A stretch of 64,000 bases of DNA, taken from positions 24,745 through 88,744 of IMG/VR virus record IMGVR_UViG_3300044719_000028; one strand, 5' to 3'. Source of the stretch: a virus. Taxonomy: Duplodnaviria > Caudoviricetes. This document shows, one piece after another, positions 38,451-48,091 of the stretch. The first letter of the stretch is position 1; the number at the start of each line of letters is the position of its first letter. The translations under genes were made by a program, and so were the position numbers. Under the pieces are notes generated by a model that saw only the letters and a list, made by a program, of their open reading frames with translations, was not told where the DNA came from and made no database searches.

Positions 38451-40856
38451 TTAGTGGCATGTTGCCCAGTTAGTTCCAATCATATATCCGGCAGTAAGCT
38501 CAACGTTAAGTTTGTAGTATTCACCAGACATTTTAACCGCTTGTACAGCAAGCTCTCCTGCTCTGTTGTACGCTCTGAACCAACCTTTGTCATTGTGAAT
38601 TACATCGCTCCAGCGTTTACCTTCAGGGTCAACAAAATTCTTAGCTTCTTCTTCAGTTTCAAACTTCTTAAACTTCACTGCGCTACGCCGAACTTCGTAC
38701 TGTGCTTCGTCGTGATAGGCAATTAATTGTTGGCAAAAGTCTTTATTCCTCCAATCATCTTTGAAAAAATCAACGCTCAGCCCTTCTTTCTCCAGCATCT
38801 TATCATGAATCACCATCGCACGCTTAGCACAGATAACGCCTGCCGACTGAAGATAACTGTTAATCACGTTGCCTTTAGAACGAATAGGAAGCTTGCGTTT
38901 GTCAATAGCAGGGATAAACTTCTTCTGCCCCGGTCCTTCCCAATACTTCTGCATAGCCTCTTTCAGCAATTTCAAAGGCGCCGCTTGAGTCCAGAAAGCA
39001 TCGAAAATAACTTGCCCGTCTTCTAAGCTACAACCCACGGTCTTAGCAACTCGTTTCGGTTGTGCGTTGTAGCTGCACCCATACTTCACAGGCTTTGCGG
39101 ACTGGCGCGGAAAGCTTCGTCCTAATAGTTCGGTAATCGAACGAGCCAACACAGAGTGGCAGTCATTTGGTTTCTCTGCCGTCAAGCTGTAGCCATACTC
39201 CGGACCACCGGGATACTTCCAAACTGCGTGAGTCTCCATTTTTGCCTCCAGACTGTCAAAGTCGAACGCCATTTGCAAGAAGCCGTCTTTAACGTCAACA
39301 CCAAACAACGAACGCATTTGCGGGCCGTACAAGCTTGTAGTGCGGCTGATGTTTGCGACGCGGCGGTGTTTCATGCGGCTAGTAGCTGCGTCGCACGTGC
39401 CTGCGGGCGTAGGAATCCTGCCATCTATATCTAATCGTGGCTCTGACAGAAAACCCTTCTCTGGCTCCTCTTCCTCGTCATCTGGGTCTACACCTCCTCC
39501 GAGAATGCTATTGCGACGGTGTGTGTACGTAAAATAATCAGACACAAGCTTTGCATGAGGAAACTTATCAGCAATCTCAAGAAGCTTAGGATCAATCTCC
39601 TTCTCTTGTCCAACGGTAAGCGTCGGGTTAGTGTACACCTTCAACGGACGTTTGATGTCGTGCTTCAACAACTTTTCACGCAACCGCTTCGGACTAACTT
39701 CCAACTCTTCGCAGCGGTCTTTACAGAAAGGAGAACTCAACGTTTGCTCTACATACTTCTCAACTGCGGCCTCAAACTTCTCCTGCGTAACTTTCTTCTT
39801 CTTAGCATCGCATGTCAAGTCACGTTCTTTGTACTGCGAAGGTTGCCATTTGAACTTCTCTACAAGCCAACCCTTTAGGTGTGCGCTATCATTTGCGCTG
39901 CTGCTTAATTTACCCGGCTCCGTGCTAATAAGAGGCTCGCAAGGGATAGGAAGCTTATGAGTCTTACCCAGCAGGGTAGCGTACCAACCGTCTTCACGTT
40001 CCTCTAAAGTGCCTTCGTGCTTTGCTACAAAATTCTTAAGATGCGTACTAGGGGCACCCGACTTAAGAAACTGTGTTGCAGGAGGAGTGTACTCCTTTTG
40101 TTTCGTTTTCGCAAGGGGGCGCGGAGGAATAAGAGGCTCAACAATCTTACGAATATCTTCCATCTTCTGGTCCAAATCTCGCACGCATTCCTCTGCAAAA
40201 TTCTTATCAAACCAAAAGCCACGATGTTCTTGACGAGTGATGATTTCTGCAACCTTCTGCTCCATCTTGAACGCGTCCTGCCAAGGCCAATCGCCCCACT
40301 CTTTCAAAAGAGCATTGTAAACCTTATGGTTAACTTCTACGTCTCGGACGTTGTACTCCAGCATTTCAGGATGATAAACTCGGAACTCAGCACCCTTTTC
40401 GGCGTCTTTATCGATCAGGCCAATCTCGATAGCTTTGGCACGCCAGTCAATCTTCTCAAGGCCAAGAGTCTTACCCCAAGCTTCGATGCTGTGCCCTCCG
40501 TAGCGGTCCGGGTTGAGCACTTTGCTGGCAATCATCGTATCGTAGATGACCACAGGGCGACCGTCAAACATATCTACGTCGTCAATCTTGTAGTCCAGTC
40601 CCAGTGCCAGCTTCAATGCCAAAAGGTCGAAGTTAATGATGTTGGCGCCGATTAGCATTGTTACTTGCTTACTCCATTGCGGAAACTTTGTGTAGCATTC
40701 TTCCTGCACGAACTTGTAGATTGTGCCAGTATCGATATCTTTGGCAACAATGCAGTGAATCTTGAACGTGTCTTTCAGCTTGTAAGGGCTGGCCGTGTAG
40801 TCGATTGCAGTACTGTCAAGAAGCCCTGTACTCTCGATGTCAAACACTACTCTCAA
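38451..40856 (-). CDS. DNA polymerase family A with a 3'-5' exonuclease domain
   Basis: FDIES (ExoI), NIINFD, YNVRD, motif A FDFDSLE, motif B RQSAKPVKYGCSY, motif C YHDE. TTG start. Confidence 0.93.
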   Translation of the reverse strand: MRVVFDIESTGLLDSTAIDYTASPYKLKDTFKIHCIVAKDIDTGTIYKFVQEECYTKFPQWSKQVTMLIGANIINFDLLALKLALGLDYKIDDVDMFDGRPVVIYDTMIASKVLNPDRYGGHSIEAWGKTLGLEKIDWRAKAIEIGLIDKDAEKGAEFRVYHPEMLEYNVRDVEVNHKVYNALLKEWGDWPWQDAFKMEQKVAEIITRQEHRGFWFDKNFAEECVRDLDQKMEDIRKIVEPLIPPRPLAKTKQKEYTPPATQFLKSGAPSTHLKNFVAKHEGTLEEREDGWYATLLGKTHKLPIPCEPLISTEPGKLSSSANDSAHLKGWLVEKFKWQPSQYKERDLTCDAKKKKVTQEKFEAAVEKYVEQTLSSPFCKDRCEELEVSPKRLREKLLKHDIKRPLKVYTNPTLTVGQEKEIDPKLLEIADKFPHAKLVSDYFTYTHRRNSILGGGVDPDDEEEEPEKGFLSEPRLDIDGRIPTPAGTCDAATSRMKHRRVANISRTTSLYGPQMRSLFGVDVKDGFLQMAFDFDSLEAKMETHAVWKYPGGPEYGYSLTAEKPNDCHSVLARSITELLGRSFPRQSAKPVKYGCSYNAQPKRVAKTVGCSLEDGQVIFDAFWTQAAPLKLLKEAMQKYWEGPGQKKFIPAIDKRKLPIRSKGNVINSYLQSAGVICAKRAMVIHDKMLEKEGLSVDFFKDDWRNKDFCQQLIAYHDEAQYEVRRSAVKFKKFETEEEAKNFVDPEGKRWSDVIHNDKGWFRAYNRAGELAVQAVKMSGEYYKLNVELTAGYMIGTNWATCH

Positions 40857-41571
40857 TCTTTTTCTCCTTTTCTAAGTAGGCTACTACGGCCTCGTGTGCA
40901 GCTTCCTCTGTTTCAAAAACCCCCAGATGAACTTGCCTTAACTTTCCTTGTTCATCGCGGCGACTTGTAACGGCACGCCATTTACCCTTGTGAGAGCACA
41001 CGCCGTAGTACTTAGAAGTCTTACGCTTGTAAGGTCTTTTCCCGTTGTCCAGTGTGACGATATTTTCCTTAATCATTCTCAACGCTTCTTCGTCGCCAAA
41101 CTTTAGCTTCCATTCTACGGCCTGATCCCTCGCATCAGCGGCTTCTTCTTTGCTGTCAAATATGTTAATAGTGAACGGCACGTTATCAAACGTTACTTGA
41201 GCAATCCAGCGGTCATCCCAAGGAAGTACGCCTAAACGCCCAGACCGCGTATTCCGCTCTTTCCTGAAGTTGTTCTGCTGAGTTTTCTTATCGGCCCACC
41301 GGCAGTTTGAAGGTTCGTAGTTTCCGTAAGGGTCTTCCCGGTCTACTGTGTGCTTGGCTGGGCGTTCACCCATGTCTAAGATAAAATTTGCGAACCCTTC
41401 TGGATTATCCCATCGCCACCTTTCGCAAACTGTAATCCCTGCGCCACCGTACGTATCAAAGTTCGTATGAACATCAGAAAAACACCTGTAGTTCATCATT
41501 CTCCATGTGCAAAACAACGGATGCTTAGAGTACAGGTGTACGCTCTGTTTTACAAGGCTACAAATTTCCAT
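40840..41571 (-). CDS. HNH homing endonuclease with two AP2-like domains
   Basis: MGERP.KHTVDRED..GNYEPSNCRWA, plus two repeats of the form GV....W.A...G.F.(T/S).EEA. Confidence 0.8.
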   Translation of the reverse strand: MEICSLVKQSVHLYSKHPLFCTWRMMNYRCFSDVHTNFDTYGGAGITVCERWRWDNPEGFANFILDMGERPAKHTVDREDPYGNYEPSNCRWADKKTQQNNFRKERNTRSGRLGVLPWDDRWIAQVTFDNVPFTINIFDSKEEAADARDQAVEWKLKFGDEEALRMIKENIVTLDNGKRPYKRKTSKYYGVCSHKGKWRAVTSRRDEQGKLRQVHLGVFETEEAAHEAVVAYLEKEKKIESSV

Positions 41572-41597
41572 AACAATCTCCTCTGTGCAAAATAACA

Positions 41598-41626
41598 ATT
41601 ATACACTCAACTGTTAAACTTGTCAA
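41598..41626 (-). promoter_or_regulatory. Perfect sigma70 promoter for the HNH and polymerase genes
   Basis: TTGACA-17bp-TATAAT on the minus strand. Confidence 0.85.
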
Positions 41627-41673
41627 GAAGAAACCATTATGCACGCCTCACTTAGAAATATTTAGACTTGCCA

Positions 41674-41994
41674 TCAACAATCCCTCCAAAACTCTTCCAC
41701 TTGCAACTCCTTCATATTGTGCAGCTTCTGGAACGCACCTTCACAACCTTCTCTCTGATAGTCATCATACGCCACATACTCTGGAGAGTTATAAACAGAT
41801 TCGTCATCACTCCAATACCAACGTGTGCCAAACTTCTCTTCCACAACGCTGCGTAAACGAGCTTCCTCCTCTTGGTACACTTTGTAGTAGTCGTACCATT
41901 CTTGTTTGGACACAGGGTGATCGCATACGTACAAGCCATGTACGCCATAGTCAGAATACTCGCCAATACTGAACATGAAGTAATATTGCGCCAT
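41674..41994 (-). CDS. Hypothetical protein
   Basis: Acidic and Tyr-rich, about 106 aa. Confidence 0.55.
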   Translation of the reverse strand: MAQYYFMFSIGEYSDYGVHGLYVCDHPVSKQEWYDYYKVYQEEEARLRSVVEEKFGTRWYWSDDESVYNSPEYVAYDDYQREGCEGAFQKLHNMKELQVEEFWRDC

Positions 41995-41996
41995 AA

Positions 41997-42386
41997 TCAT
42001 TCCCAAATAACATTACCATCAGCATCGAGATTAAACCACTCAAAACTATCTTGTCGTTCCCAAGCTTCCAGACAAGCTTGACACTTCAACTCATGCTTCA
42101 GAGCCTTCTGCACTTCCTCCAGCCCTGCAATTTTCTTCTTGAAGCGTTTGATATATGGCGTGAAAATTGCTGCTTGCTCGCGATGGGCTTTAGCCTCTTC
42201 CAAAGCTTCACGCTCTTTTTCTCCGTCTTCACGGTCGCTATACCAGAGTGCAGATTTAGCAAATTCATCTGCAATTTCGTTATACTTCTTACGCTCAGCA
42301 CGAAGCTTGTTATATTCCTCGTGAAGCCCGCTAAGGACACCAGCATTCAGTTTGATTTGCCGTTGCAGCAACCTAGAATTTGGCAT
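41997..42386 (-). CDS. Hypothetical coiled-coil protein
   Basis: 129 aa, coupled to its neighbours. Confidence 0.6.
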   Translation of the reverse strand: MPNSRLLQRQIKLNAGVLSGLHEEYNKLRAERKKYNEIADEFAKSALWYSDREDGEKEREALEEAKAHREQAAIFTPYIKRFKKKIAGLEEVQKALKHELKCQACLEAWERQDSFEWFNLDADGNVIWE

Positions 42387-42568
42387 TACATTTTCTCCTT
42401 ACTCATATACTCAATCACAGACTCAATCTTATCCACTTCAAAATCATCTAACCATCGCATGATAACTCCATTGCGTGTGATGCACCACCGTTGCAGATCA
42501 TGATAACCGTACTGCCTCTTCTCTATGAATGCACTACCATCCCGTTTAAGTGGAATCTTCACGTTCAC
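42386..42568 (-). CDS. Hypothetical protein
   Basis: 60 aa, coupled to its neighbours. Confidence 0.5.
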   Translation of the reverse strand: MNVKIPLKRDGSAFIEKRQYGYHDLQRWCITRNGVIMRWLDDFEVDKIESVIEYMSKEKM

Positions 42569-43020
42569 TCCACAAGATTGTTAAGATATTGAAGTTCGCT
42601 AATCCACTCAGCAGGAATCCTCTTGTCAGCAGAAGCAAATCGCTGCATAGCTTCAACAATGTCGCGAAGACGGTTGCTGTCGTGGATGCTCTTTGGCACT
42701 AGGCCAATTGGTTCAGGATCGGTTGGCAGAGGTGCGTACGTCGTTTCAGGTTGTTTGAAGTAGTCTTCTACTCTAGCAAACGTACCTTGTGGAGTAAGAA
42801 TATACTCGTCTGCTCTAAACTCGTCAAAGAACACCTTGTCGTTACTCACATACGTGATGCAATTGTCGTCAGGGCCAAAGCCCGCTGCCACAAGGTACTC
42901 CGCATCAGTGTGGCGAAATGTTTTATCAGTCTTGACCCAAGCGTATCCTTCTTTAAACAAAGCTGTCTGGATAGCTTTACTGTGATCTTCAGAATACACT
43001 CTAAACTTCATAGCTTTCAT
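42565..43020 (-). CDS. Hypothetical protein
   Basis: 151 aa, strong RBS aaggagga. Confidence 0.65.
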   Translation of the reverse strand: MKAMKFRVYSEDHSKAIQTALFKEGYAWVKTDKTFRHTDAEYLVAAGFGPDDNCITYVSNDKVFFDEFRADEYILTPQGTFARVEDYFKQPETTYAPLPTDPEPIGLVPKSIHDSNRLRDIVEAMQRFASADKRIPAEWISELQYLNNLVE

Positions 43021-43047
43021 CTTTCCTCCTTAAAATTGTTATGCAGC

Positions 43048-43076
43048 ATTCTAAGCGGGAATTTGCCCGCTGTCAA
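43048..43076 (-). promoter_or_regulatory. Sigma70 promoter with a palindromic spacer
   Basis: TTGACA-17bp-TAGAAT, with AGCGGG-caaatt-CCCGCT filling the spacer. Confidence 0.7.
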
Positions 43077-43080
43077 GTGG

Positions 43081-44814
43081 TTAGAATTGTTGAGGGTGCA
43101 GAGTAAGATACTCGTCCTTGTCCCATAGAGTGTGAGTGTCTGAGTCGTAGAACAACTCACAAGCCAGCCCTGTTGCACCCGTTGCACGAGACTTCAAACA
43201 ATGAACCTGAGTAGTGTTTCGCACCATGAAGTCTTCCGCAGTCTTGTCACGTTGTAGAGCAATGTTGATGCCTGCTGAACGGTATTGCGTACCAGAGCCA
43301 ATAATACTCTCTTCCGTAAGAAATTTGCCTTGACTTGCAGATTTCTCCCCACTACCGCCCTTCCTAGTGTGCGCGACTTGCACTAGAATACAGTTGTACT
43401 GCTTGACAAGTTTCTTCTCCCATGCCATCCACAGGTCAATCTGCTCAATGCTCATACCGCTGAACACGTCAGAGATAACGTCGATAACAATAATACGGAC
43501 TCCACAAGAAACAATAACTTCCTCAATCTTTTCTTGAAGCTTACTGTAGTCCCCACGATCGTCTAGCAGGTACAGACGAGGCGTGCCATCAGGTTTGTTG
43601 AACAAATTGTAGGCAGCTTCTTCAGCCTCTTTGCTACCAACGAAATCAATCTTCTCTTGTGGGTCCGAAATCATAGCAATCTTACGGCCCATCTTGAAGC
43701 TTAGAAGGTTCTCGCCAAACTCTGCCGCCTCAGCTTCAAGACTTGCTACCAGCACAGCCTGATCGCACTCTTCCATCCAGTACGCGATACATTGGTTCGT
43801 CAGAGAACTCTTGCCACTGCCACTGCCAGCAAGAATGTTAACAATATACCCCCAATTGATACCACCGGCAAGCATCTTATTCAGCTTATTCAGCATTGGC
43901 GGGAACGGAAGTTTCTGCTGCTTGCTTCGCTCTACAATCTCTTCGTAGATGGAATTGCTGCTGACGATGCCTGACGGAGTGTATGGCTTAGCCTTCCAGA
44001 ACTCGTTGACGAATTGCTTCTCTTTACCTTTAGTAAGAAACTCGTTAGGGTCTTTGAGGCTCCAATCGGCAATAAAAACTTTACCTCGTGGCAGAACTCG
44101 TGCGATCTTCTCAGCAGCTTTACGTCCTGCCTCATCACTGTCCAGTCCGATGACGATCTTATCCCAAAGCGAGAACCATTCATATTGTGCCTGTACCTGC
44201 TTGTCCGCCCCGGACTCTCCAATTGAAGGGGAAACGACTGCAAACGCTTCATAATCACCGTATCCCCTCTTCTCTTGGTTCTCGCGCAGCATTTGCTCGG
44301 CTGACAACATATCGACTTCACCGCCAACAATCAGTACTGTCTTACCCCCTGCCTTGTATCGAAACTGTCCAATAAGCTGACAATCTTTTCCGGTAAGGCC
44401 GAGTGGTGAGCCAAAGTCTTTAGGAAACTTACGAATCTTATAGCCAACAAGTTCGTTGTTAATCGTGCAAGGCACGTATTGCTTTACTGGTTCACCCGAC
44501 TCTGGATCGTATTCATACCGCACACCATACGCAACATTCGTCTCATCTTTGATTCCACGCCACCCCTTAGACTTAGTGGACGTGTATTTCTTCAACGCTT
44601 CATTTTCTTCAGGAGTTAGCTTTTCCTTTGTCACTACAATTTCCTCCTCTTCTTCCTGTTCAATACCCAACTCGGCCTTTCTCTCATCAGAGAGAATGCT
44701 TCTCGTGCAACTATAGCAATACCCGCCATTACCTTCGCCGTACCAGTGGAAGCCGTCGCTAGAACCACATCCAACAAAAGGGCAGGCGTTCTTACCAACG
44801 ACGAATTCTGTCAT
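43081..44814 (-). CDS. DNA primase-helicase (T7 gp4-like)
   Basis: Zn ribbon CPFVGC...CYSC, TOPRIM GGEVD and GLDSD, Walker A AGSGSGKS, and IDVIS. Confidence 0.93.
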   Translation of the reverse strand: MTEFVVGKNACPFVGCGSSDGFHWYGEGNGGYCYSCTRSILSDERKAELGIEQEEEEEIVVTKEKLTPEENEALKKYTSTKSKGWRGIKDETNVAYGVRYEYDPESGEPVKQYVPCTINNELVGYKIRKFPKDFGSPLGLTGKDCQLIGQFRYKAGGKTVLIVGGEVDMLSAEQMLRENQEKRGYGDYEAFAVVSPSIGESGADKQVQAQYEWFSLWDKIVIGLDSDEAGRKAAEKIARVLPRGKVFIADWSLKDPNEFLTKGKEKQFVNEFWKAKPYTPSGIVSSNSIYEEIVERSKQQKLPFPPMLNKLNKMLAGGINWGYIVNILAGSGSGKSSLTNQCIAYWMEECDQAVLVASLEAEAAEFGENLLSFKMGRKIAMISDPQEKIDFVGSKEAEEAAYNLFNKPDGTPRLYLLDDRGDYSKLQEKIEEVIVSCGVRIIVIDVISDVFSGMSIEQIDLWMAWEKKLVKQYNCILVQVAHTRKGGSGEKSASQGKFLTEESIIGSGTQYRSAGINIALQRDKTAEDFMVRNTTQVHCLKSRATGATGLACELFYDSDTHTLWDKDEYLTLHPQQF

Positions 44815-45017
44815 TAATCCCCCTCTACAACAATGCCCCAATGCACCGTTATAAAATCCTGCAATGCCTGATCATCGGATTCATATGTGAAATCGGGCCT
44901 GTACTTAGCGACATGCACTCGTTGAGATTTGATGGCATCTTCGACAGTCACACGAAGCTCTACACAAACATCTGCTTCTACACTATACGGCTCAATCCAC
45001 TTTACATATTTAGCCAT
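44814..45017 (-). CDS. Hypothetical protein
   Basis: 67 aa, TAATG-coupled to the primase gene. Confidence 0.6.
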   Translation of the reverse strand: MAKYVKWIEPYSVEADVCVELRVTVEDAIKSQRVHVAKYRPDFTYESDDQALQDFITVHWGIVVEGD

Positions 45018-45020
45018 CCC

Positions 45021-45206
45021 TCACCCCTGAAAAACATATCCCGGCTGCACTTCTTTCGCACCTTCCCACGAATCGCACATCACCGTATTCTCAGAAACAT
45101 GCCCCTCACCATTCGCCATCACATCCACAAACCATCGTCCCGGAATGCCTTCATAGCGATAAGGCTCACCAAGAACCTCTACAACGTGCAGATCGATAAG
45201 ATTCAT
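45021..45206 (-). CDS. Hypothetical protein
   Basis: 61 aa. Confidence 0.55.
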   Translation of the reverse strand: MNLIDLHVVEVLGEPYRYEGIPGRWFVDVMANGEGHVSENTVMCDSWEGAKEVQPGYVFQG

Positions 45207-45472
45207 TGATTGTTCTCCGCATCAATCTTGTCAATCTGTTGCCGAGCATACTTGAAAGCTTTACGCCGAGTGCTGAACAACTTATTCTTCCAATAAACCT
45301 GATGTGCAATGTAAGGTCCGCGTTCTGTATTGTAGTACACAGATGTTCCCTTTACTTTTGTAACATAACACGAAAAGACACACGCAACATACCTGTCGTC
45401 ATACCCTTCGATCTTGCCGGGATCGTACACTACAACTTTAAACTTGGTGTGGCCTTGTTTAACTTTTTTCAT
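45203..45472 (-). CDS. Hypothetical basic protein
   Basis: 89 aa, RBS ggagg. Confidence 0.6.
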   Translation of the reverse strand: MKKVKQGHTKFKVVVYDPGKIEGYDDRYVACVFSCYVTKVKGTSVYYNTERGPYIAHQVYWKNKLFSTRRKAFKYARQQIDKIDAENNQ

Positions 45473-45638
45473 TACGCCTCCCTGTACAAGTCACCAATCT
45501 TATTCACAATAGCGTCATACCTTTTCTGCAACTCTTCTTTTTGTTGCAGCAGATCGTCATAGTATTCAGAACTTACCCACCAGCCCCAAGACCCAACTCG
45601 TTCCATACCGTCTTCCGAACATTCAAAATGTTGTACGC

Positions 45639-45875
45639 TCATAGGTCATCCATCACCCTTTCAGCCTCAACACCAGCAGTTTTCAGCAAATCATACAACT
45701 CTTGTGCAGTACCTTCTGCATCGCCATCAGTGCCGAAATAGAAAGCTTTGACGTACTCGTTTCCTAGCACAAGTACTGTAACAATATTTTCATCCTCGAT
45801 ATGAATCTTATACTCAGGCTTCGGCATACTTGTCTCCGCAAGAAACATGACTTTCCCGATTACACCCAACAACAT
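45639..45875 (-). CDS. Hypothetical protein (true start probably at MPKPEY)
   Basis: Operon context. Confidence 0.45.
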   Translation of the reverse strand: MLLGVIGKVMFLAETSMPKPEYKIHIEDENIVTVLVLGNEYVKAFYFGTDGDAEGTAQELYDLLKTAGVEAERVMDDL

Positions 45876-46023
45876 CCATATCCTTGTATCGAAACACTGT
45901 CATGCCAAGTTCCATATCCAGCCCGAAGATTTCTTTGTATCCCAAGAATAGGTATTTTGGCTCTCTGCCAGTCTCAACGATATACCCGATTCGCTGAGAT
46001 TCGATACGCTCTAGAATATTCAC
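45814..46023 (-). CDS. Hypothetical protein
   Basis: 69 aa, coupled to its neighbours. Confidence 0.5.
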   Translation of the reverse strand: MNILERIESQRIGYIVETGREPKYLFLGYKEIFGLDMELGMTVFRYKDMDVVGCNRESHVSCGDKYAEA

Positions 46024-46295
46024 GCCACATTCCTCTGTGCCAAGAAGCTCGCGAGACGAGTCATCAGTTTATGATGTCCATAACCCGTCTTCATTTCCTT
46101 CTCAATAGCTCCCGGCAGAACATCCAGCAAGTCATGCACAGCATTGATTTCAGTTTGATATTCTTGCGAATTCTTGTAATAGATATCCTTCATATCGTTA
46201 GCCTGCTTCAGCTTGCCTACCAGATCAATAACTTGCTTATCAAGCTCTGCAATTTGACGCTTCAACGACGTTACAGTTTCTTTCTTAGCAACCAT
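46020..46295 (-). CDS. Hypothetical coiled-coil protein
   Basis: RBS aaggag before MVAKKE. Confidence 0.6.
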   Translation of the reverse strand: MVAKKETVTSLKRQIAELDKQVIDLVGKLKQANDMKDIYYKNSQEYQTEINAVHDLLDVLPGAIEKEMKTGYGHHKLMTRLASFLAQRNVA

Positions 46296-46305
46296 GTACT
46301 TCTCC

Positions 46306-46461
46306 TTAATTGATTTTCTTAATAAACTCTTCAGCGAACCCATCAATCTCCGAAAAGAGGGCTGCACCATCAAATTGCATATCACCGTCAACATCTTCAA
46401 AATAGAAATGATCTTTGTTGTCCAGAAGACGCTGTTTAAGCTGTTCAAACACTTCTTTCAT
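46306..46461 (-). CDS. Hypothetical acidic protein
   Basis: RBS ggag before MKEVFE. Confidence 0.5.
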   Translation of the reverse strand: MKEVFEQLKQRLLDNKDHFYFEDVDGDMQFDGAALFSEIDGFAEEFIKKIN

Positions 46462-46627
46462 TTGGACATCTCCCCTGCCCACACACCAAGACATGACAGC
46501 AGGGACATCACTATCAAAATAGCAAACCTGCTCGATTCCTCCCACAGCGAAATGTCAAAGCCAACATTGTAGAACGCACCCATAAGAAAGCCAAGAAGTG
46601 CTCCGAGAATAGCGAAGAGAATGGTTT

Positions 46628-46849
46628 TCATAAATTACCTTTGAAGAAAGGGCGGCGAAGAATCGGTGTTAAATTATCTTGCACGATTACAAAAATAACA
46701 AGTGCGAGAGTAAGAAGGCCCAACAACGTACCGACTAATACTGCACCAACGGATGTATCATCGTAAACAGTGTCAACGTGGTAGTGCCCAATATACATTC
46801 CAACAAATCCTGAAATCATCCACACCAATCCAATCAGAACAAAAATCAT
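46628..46849 (-). CDS. Hypothetical two-TM membrane protein
   Basis: Two hydrophobic helices. Confidence 0.55.
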   Translation of the reverse strand: MIFVLIGLVWMISGFVGMYIGHYHVDTVYDDTSVGAVLVGTLLGLLTLALVIFVIVQDNLTPILRRPFFKGNL

Positions 46850-47070
46850 TTCACCACCTCCGGGAAGTACTGCCGATAAGTCCACTTGCGCATGTCCCAC
46901 AGCGCCCTATTGTACGTACCGTCAATATCAATGTCATATGCCGCCCAATTATCAGATGCAAAAACTTCATCAATCCGCTTATTGACATACCTTGAAGCCA
47001 TCATAGTTCGTGCAACTGCGAACACAAACAGAATAGACCAAACAACGTAGAAAATATAAAAGGCTTCCAT
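46846..47070 (-). CDS. Hypothetical membrane protein
   Basis: N-terminal TM helix. Confidence 0.55.
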   Translation of the reverse strand: MEAFYIFYVVWSILFVFAVARTMMASRYVNKRIDEVFASDNWAAYDIDIDGTYNRALWDMRKWTYRQYFPEVVK

Positions 47071-47082
47071 TAGATGTCTCCT

Positions 47083-47265
47083 TTATTTCTTAGCCACACA
47101 AACGTAACGCAATTCTTTAGTAGAATTGCTCACAAGGGCTTCAGATTGCTTGCCAGCCTCCGTGCAGCTTGCCTTAGACGAGAATCCTTCAATCGTCGTC
47201 AGCGTCACACTATCACCCTTTGCGAGCATTCCTGCATATACGTAAAGTACCAAAACCCAAGTCAT
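47083..47265 (-). CDS. Hypothetical protein
   Basis: 60 aa, hydrophobic N-terminus and a Cys pair. Confidence 0.55.
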   Translation of the reverse strand: MTWVLVLYVYAGMLAKGDSVTLTTIEGFSSKASCTEAGKQSEALVSNSTKELRYVCVAKK

Positions 47266-47266
47266 A

Positions 47267-47608
47267 TTACAGTTCCTTCCAATATTTTCGAATTACTTTG
47301 GCAATTTCAGGGAATGTCTTACCTCGGACATCATTCATATGCATGAGATTAGTGTTGTAGTAGATGTATCCGTCGTGACTGCACATGTCCGCCCAATCTT
47401 GCACCTCTTCAGGCAGTAAATCTGATGAGCCAAGGTAGCTGGATTTGAATCTCTGTTTAGCTGCAATCTCGGGGTGCTCTTGTGCGTGCAGATTGCAAAG
47501 GACTCCAAGTGCGCAGAACTTGTCACCTTTACGCAATTGCCCTTTACCTTGTTTGTACTCACCGCTCTCCAACGCAGCAGCCCACTTCCGTGCAATAGAA
47601 CGTTTCAT
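47267..47608 (-). CDS. Conserved phage hypothetical protein
   Basis: KWAAALESGEYKQGKGQL...CALGVLC motif. Confidence 0.65.
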   Translation of the reverse strand: MKRSIARKWAAALESGEYKQGKGQLRKGDKFCALGVLCNLHAQEHPEIAAKQRFKSSYLGSSDLLPEEVQDWADMCSHDGYIYYNTNLMHMNDVRGKTFPEIAKVIRKYWKEL

Positions 47609-47626
47609 GTTTTCTCCTTAAATTGA

Positions 47627-47644
47627 AAGGGGCTTTCGCCCCTT
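47627..47644 (-). terminator. Rho-independent terminator after the PEP-CTERM-like gene
   Basis: Minus strand aaggggc-gaaa-gcccctt followed by tcaattt. Confidence 0.7.
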
Positions 47645-47653
47645 GCTTACAAA

Positions 47654-48037
47654 TTACAGCGTTTCAGTGCCCTTCTGCTTCTTCCGACGAGCCAGCTTGC
47701 TCACACCTACCAGACCAAACAGACCGAAGCCGAGGCCAGCCATTGCGAAGCTAGACGAGTCATCTTCAGCCTTAGCCACTTGAGGGGCCGAGACAGGGGT
47801 TCCACAGCAATTAAGCGTTGCCACGCTTGCAGCAATGTACGGAGCGCTGACAGGAATACCGCAGCAATCACTATCTGCCACAGACGGACCCGGACGACGA
47901 TTGTCTTTAGGATCGGTAGCAGCAGTACGTGCGGATACATCGTCAGTTGCTACGGCAGATGCGGAGACGGGGATGCCTTGTGCAAATGCCGAAGCAGCAA
48001 ACATGGACAGGAGCAGAGCGGAGATAGTGTTTTTCAT
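47654..48037 (-). CDS. Exported repeat protein with a PEP-CTERM-like C-terminal anchor
   Basis: Signal peptide ending AFA|Q, three G[IT]PVSA repeats, and SSFAMAGLGFGLFGLVGV followed by a basic RRKK cluster. Confidence 0.65.
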   Translation of the reverse strand: MKNTISALLLSMFAASAFAQGIPVSASAVATDDVSARTAATDPKDNRRPGPSVADSDCCGIPVSAPYIAASVATLNCCGTPVSAPQVAKAEDDSSSFAMAGLGFGLFGLVGVSKLARRKKQKGTETL

Positions 48038-48091
48038 GTTGTTACCCTTTCTTGTGTTGTTTAGGATGTGCTCTTTGTCAAGCACAGACAT

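Noticed and set aside
41674-41994. Protein ending EEFWRDC as a fourth Cys-tail member
   Set aside because: It has W and a terminal C but lacks the Ser/Thr-Ser core and lies 10 kb away. Proteins ending LKFYC (53000) and EVLGC (endolysin) show that a terminal Cys alone occurs by chance.
28256-44814. Introns or inteins in nrdA, the polymerase or the primase-helicase, given the many endonucleases
   Set aside because: All three ORFs are continuous and of normal length, with no intein C/S...HN-C/S/T signature noticed. The endonucleases are free-standing.
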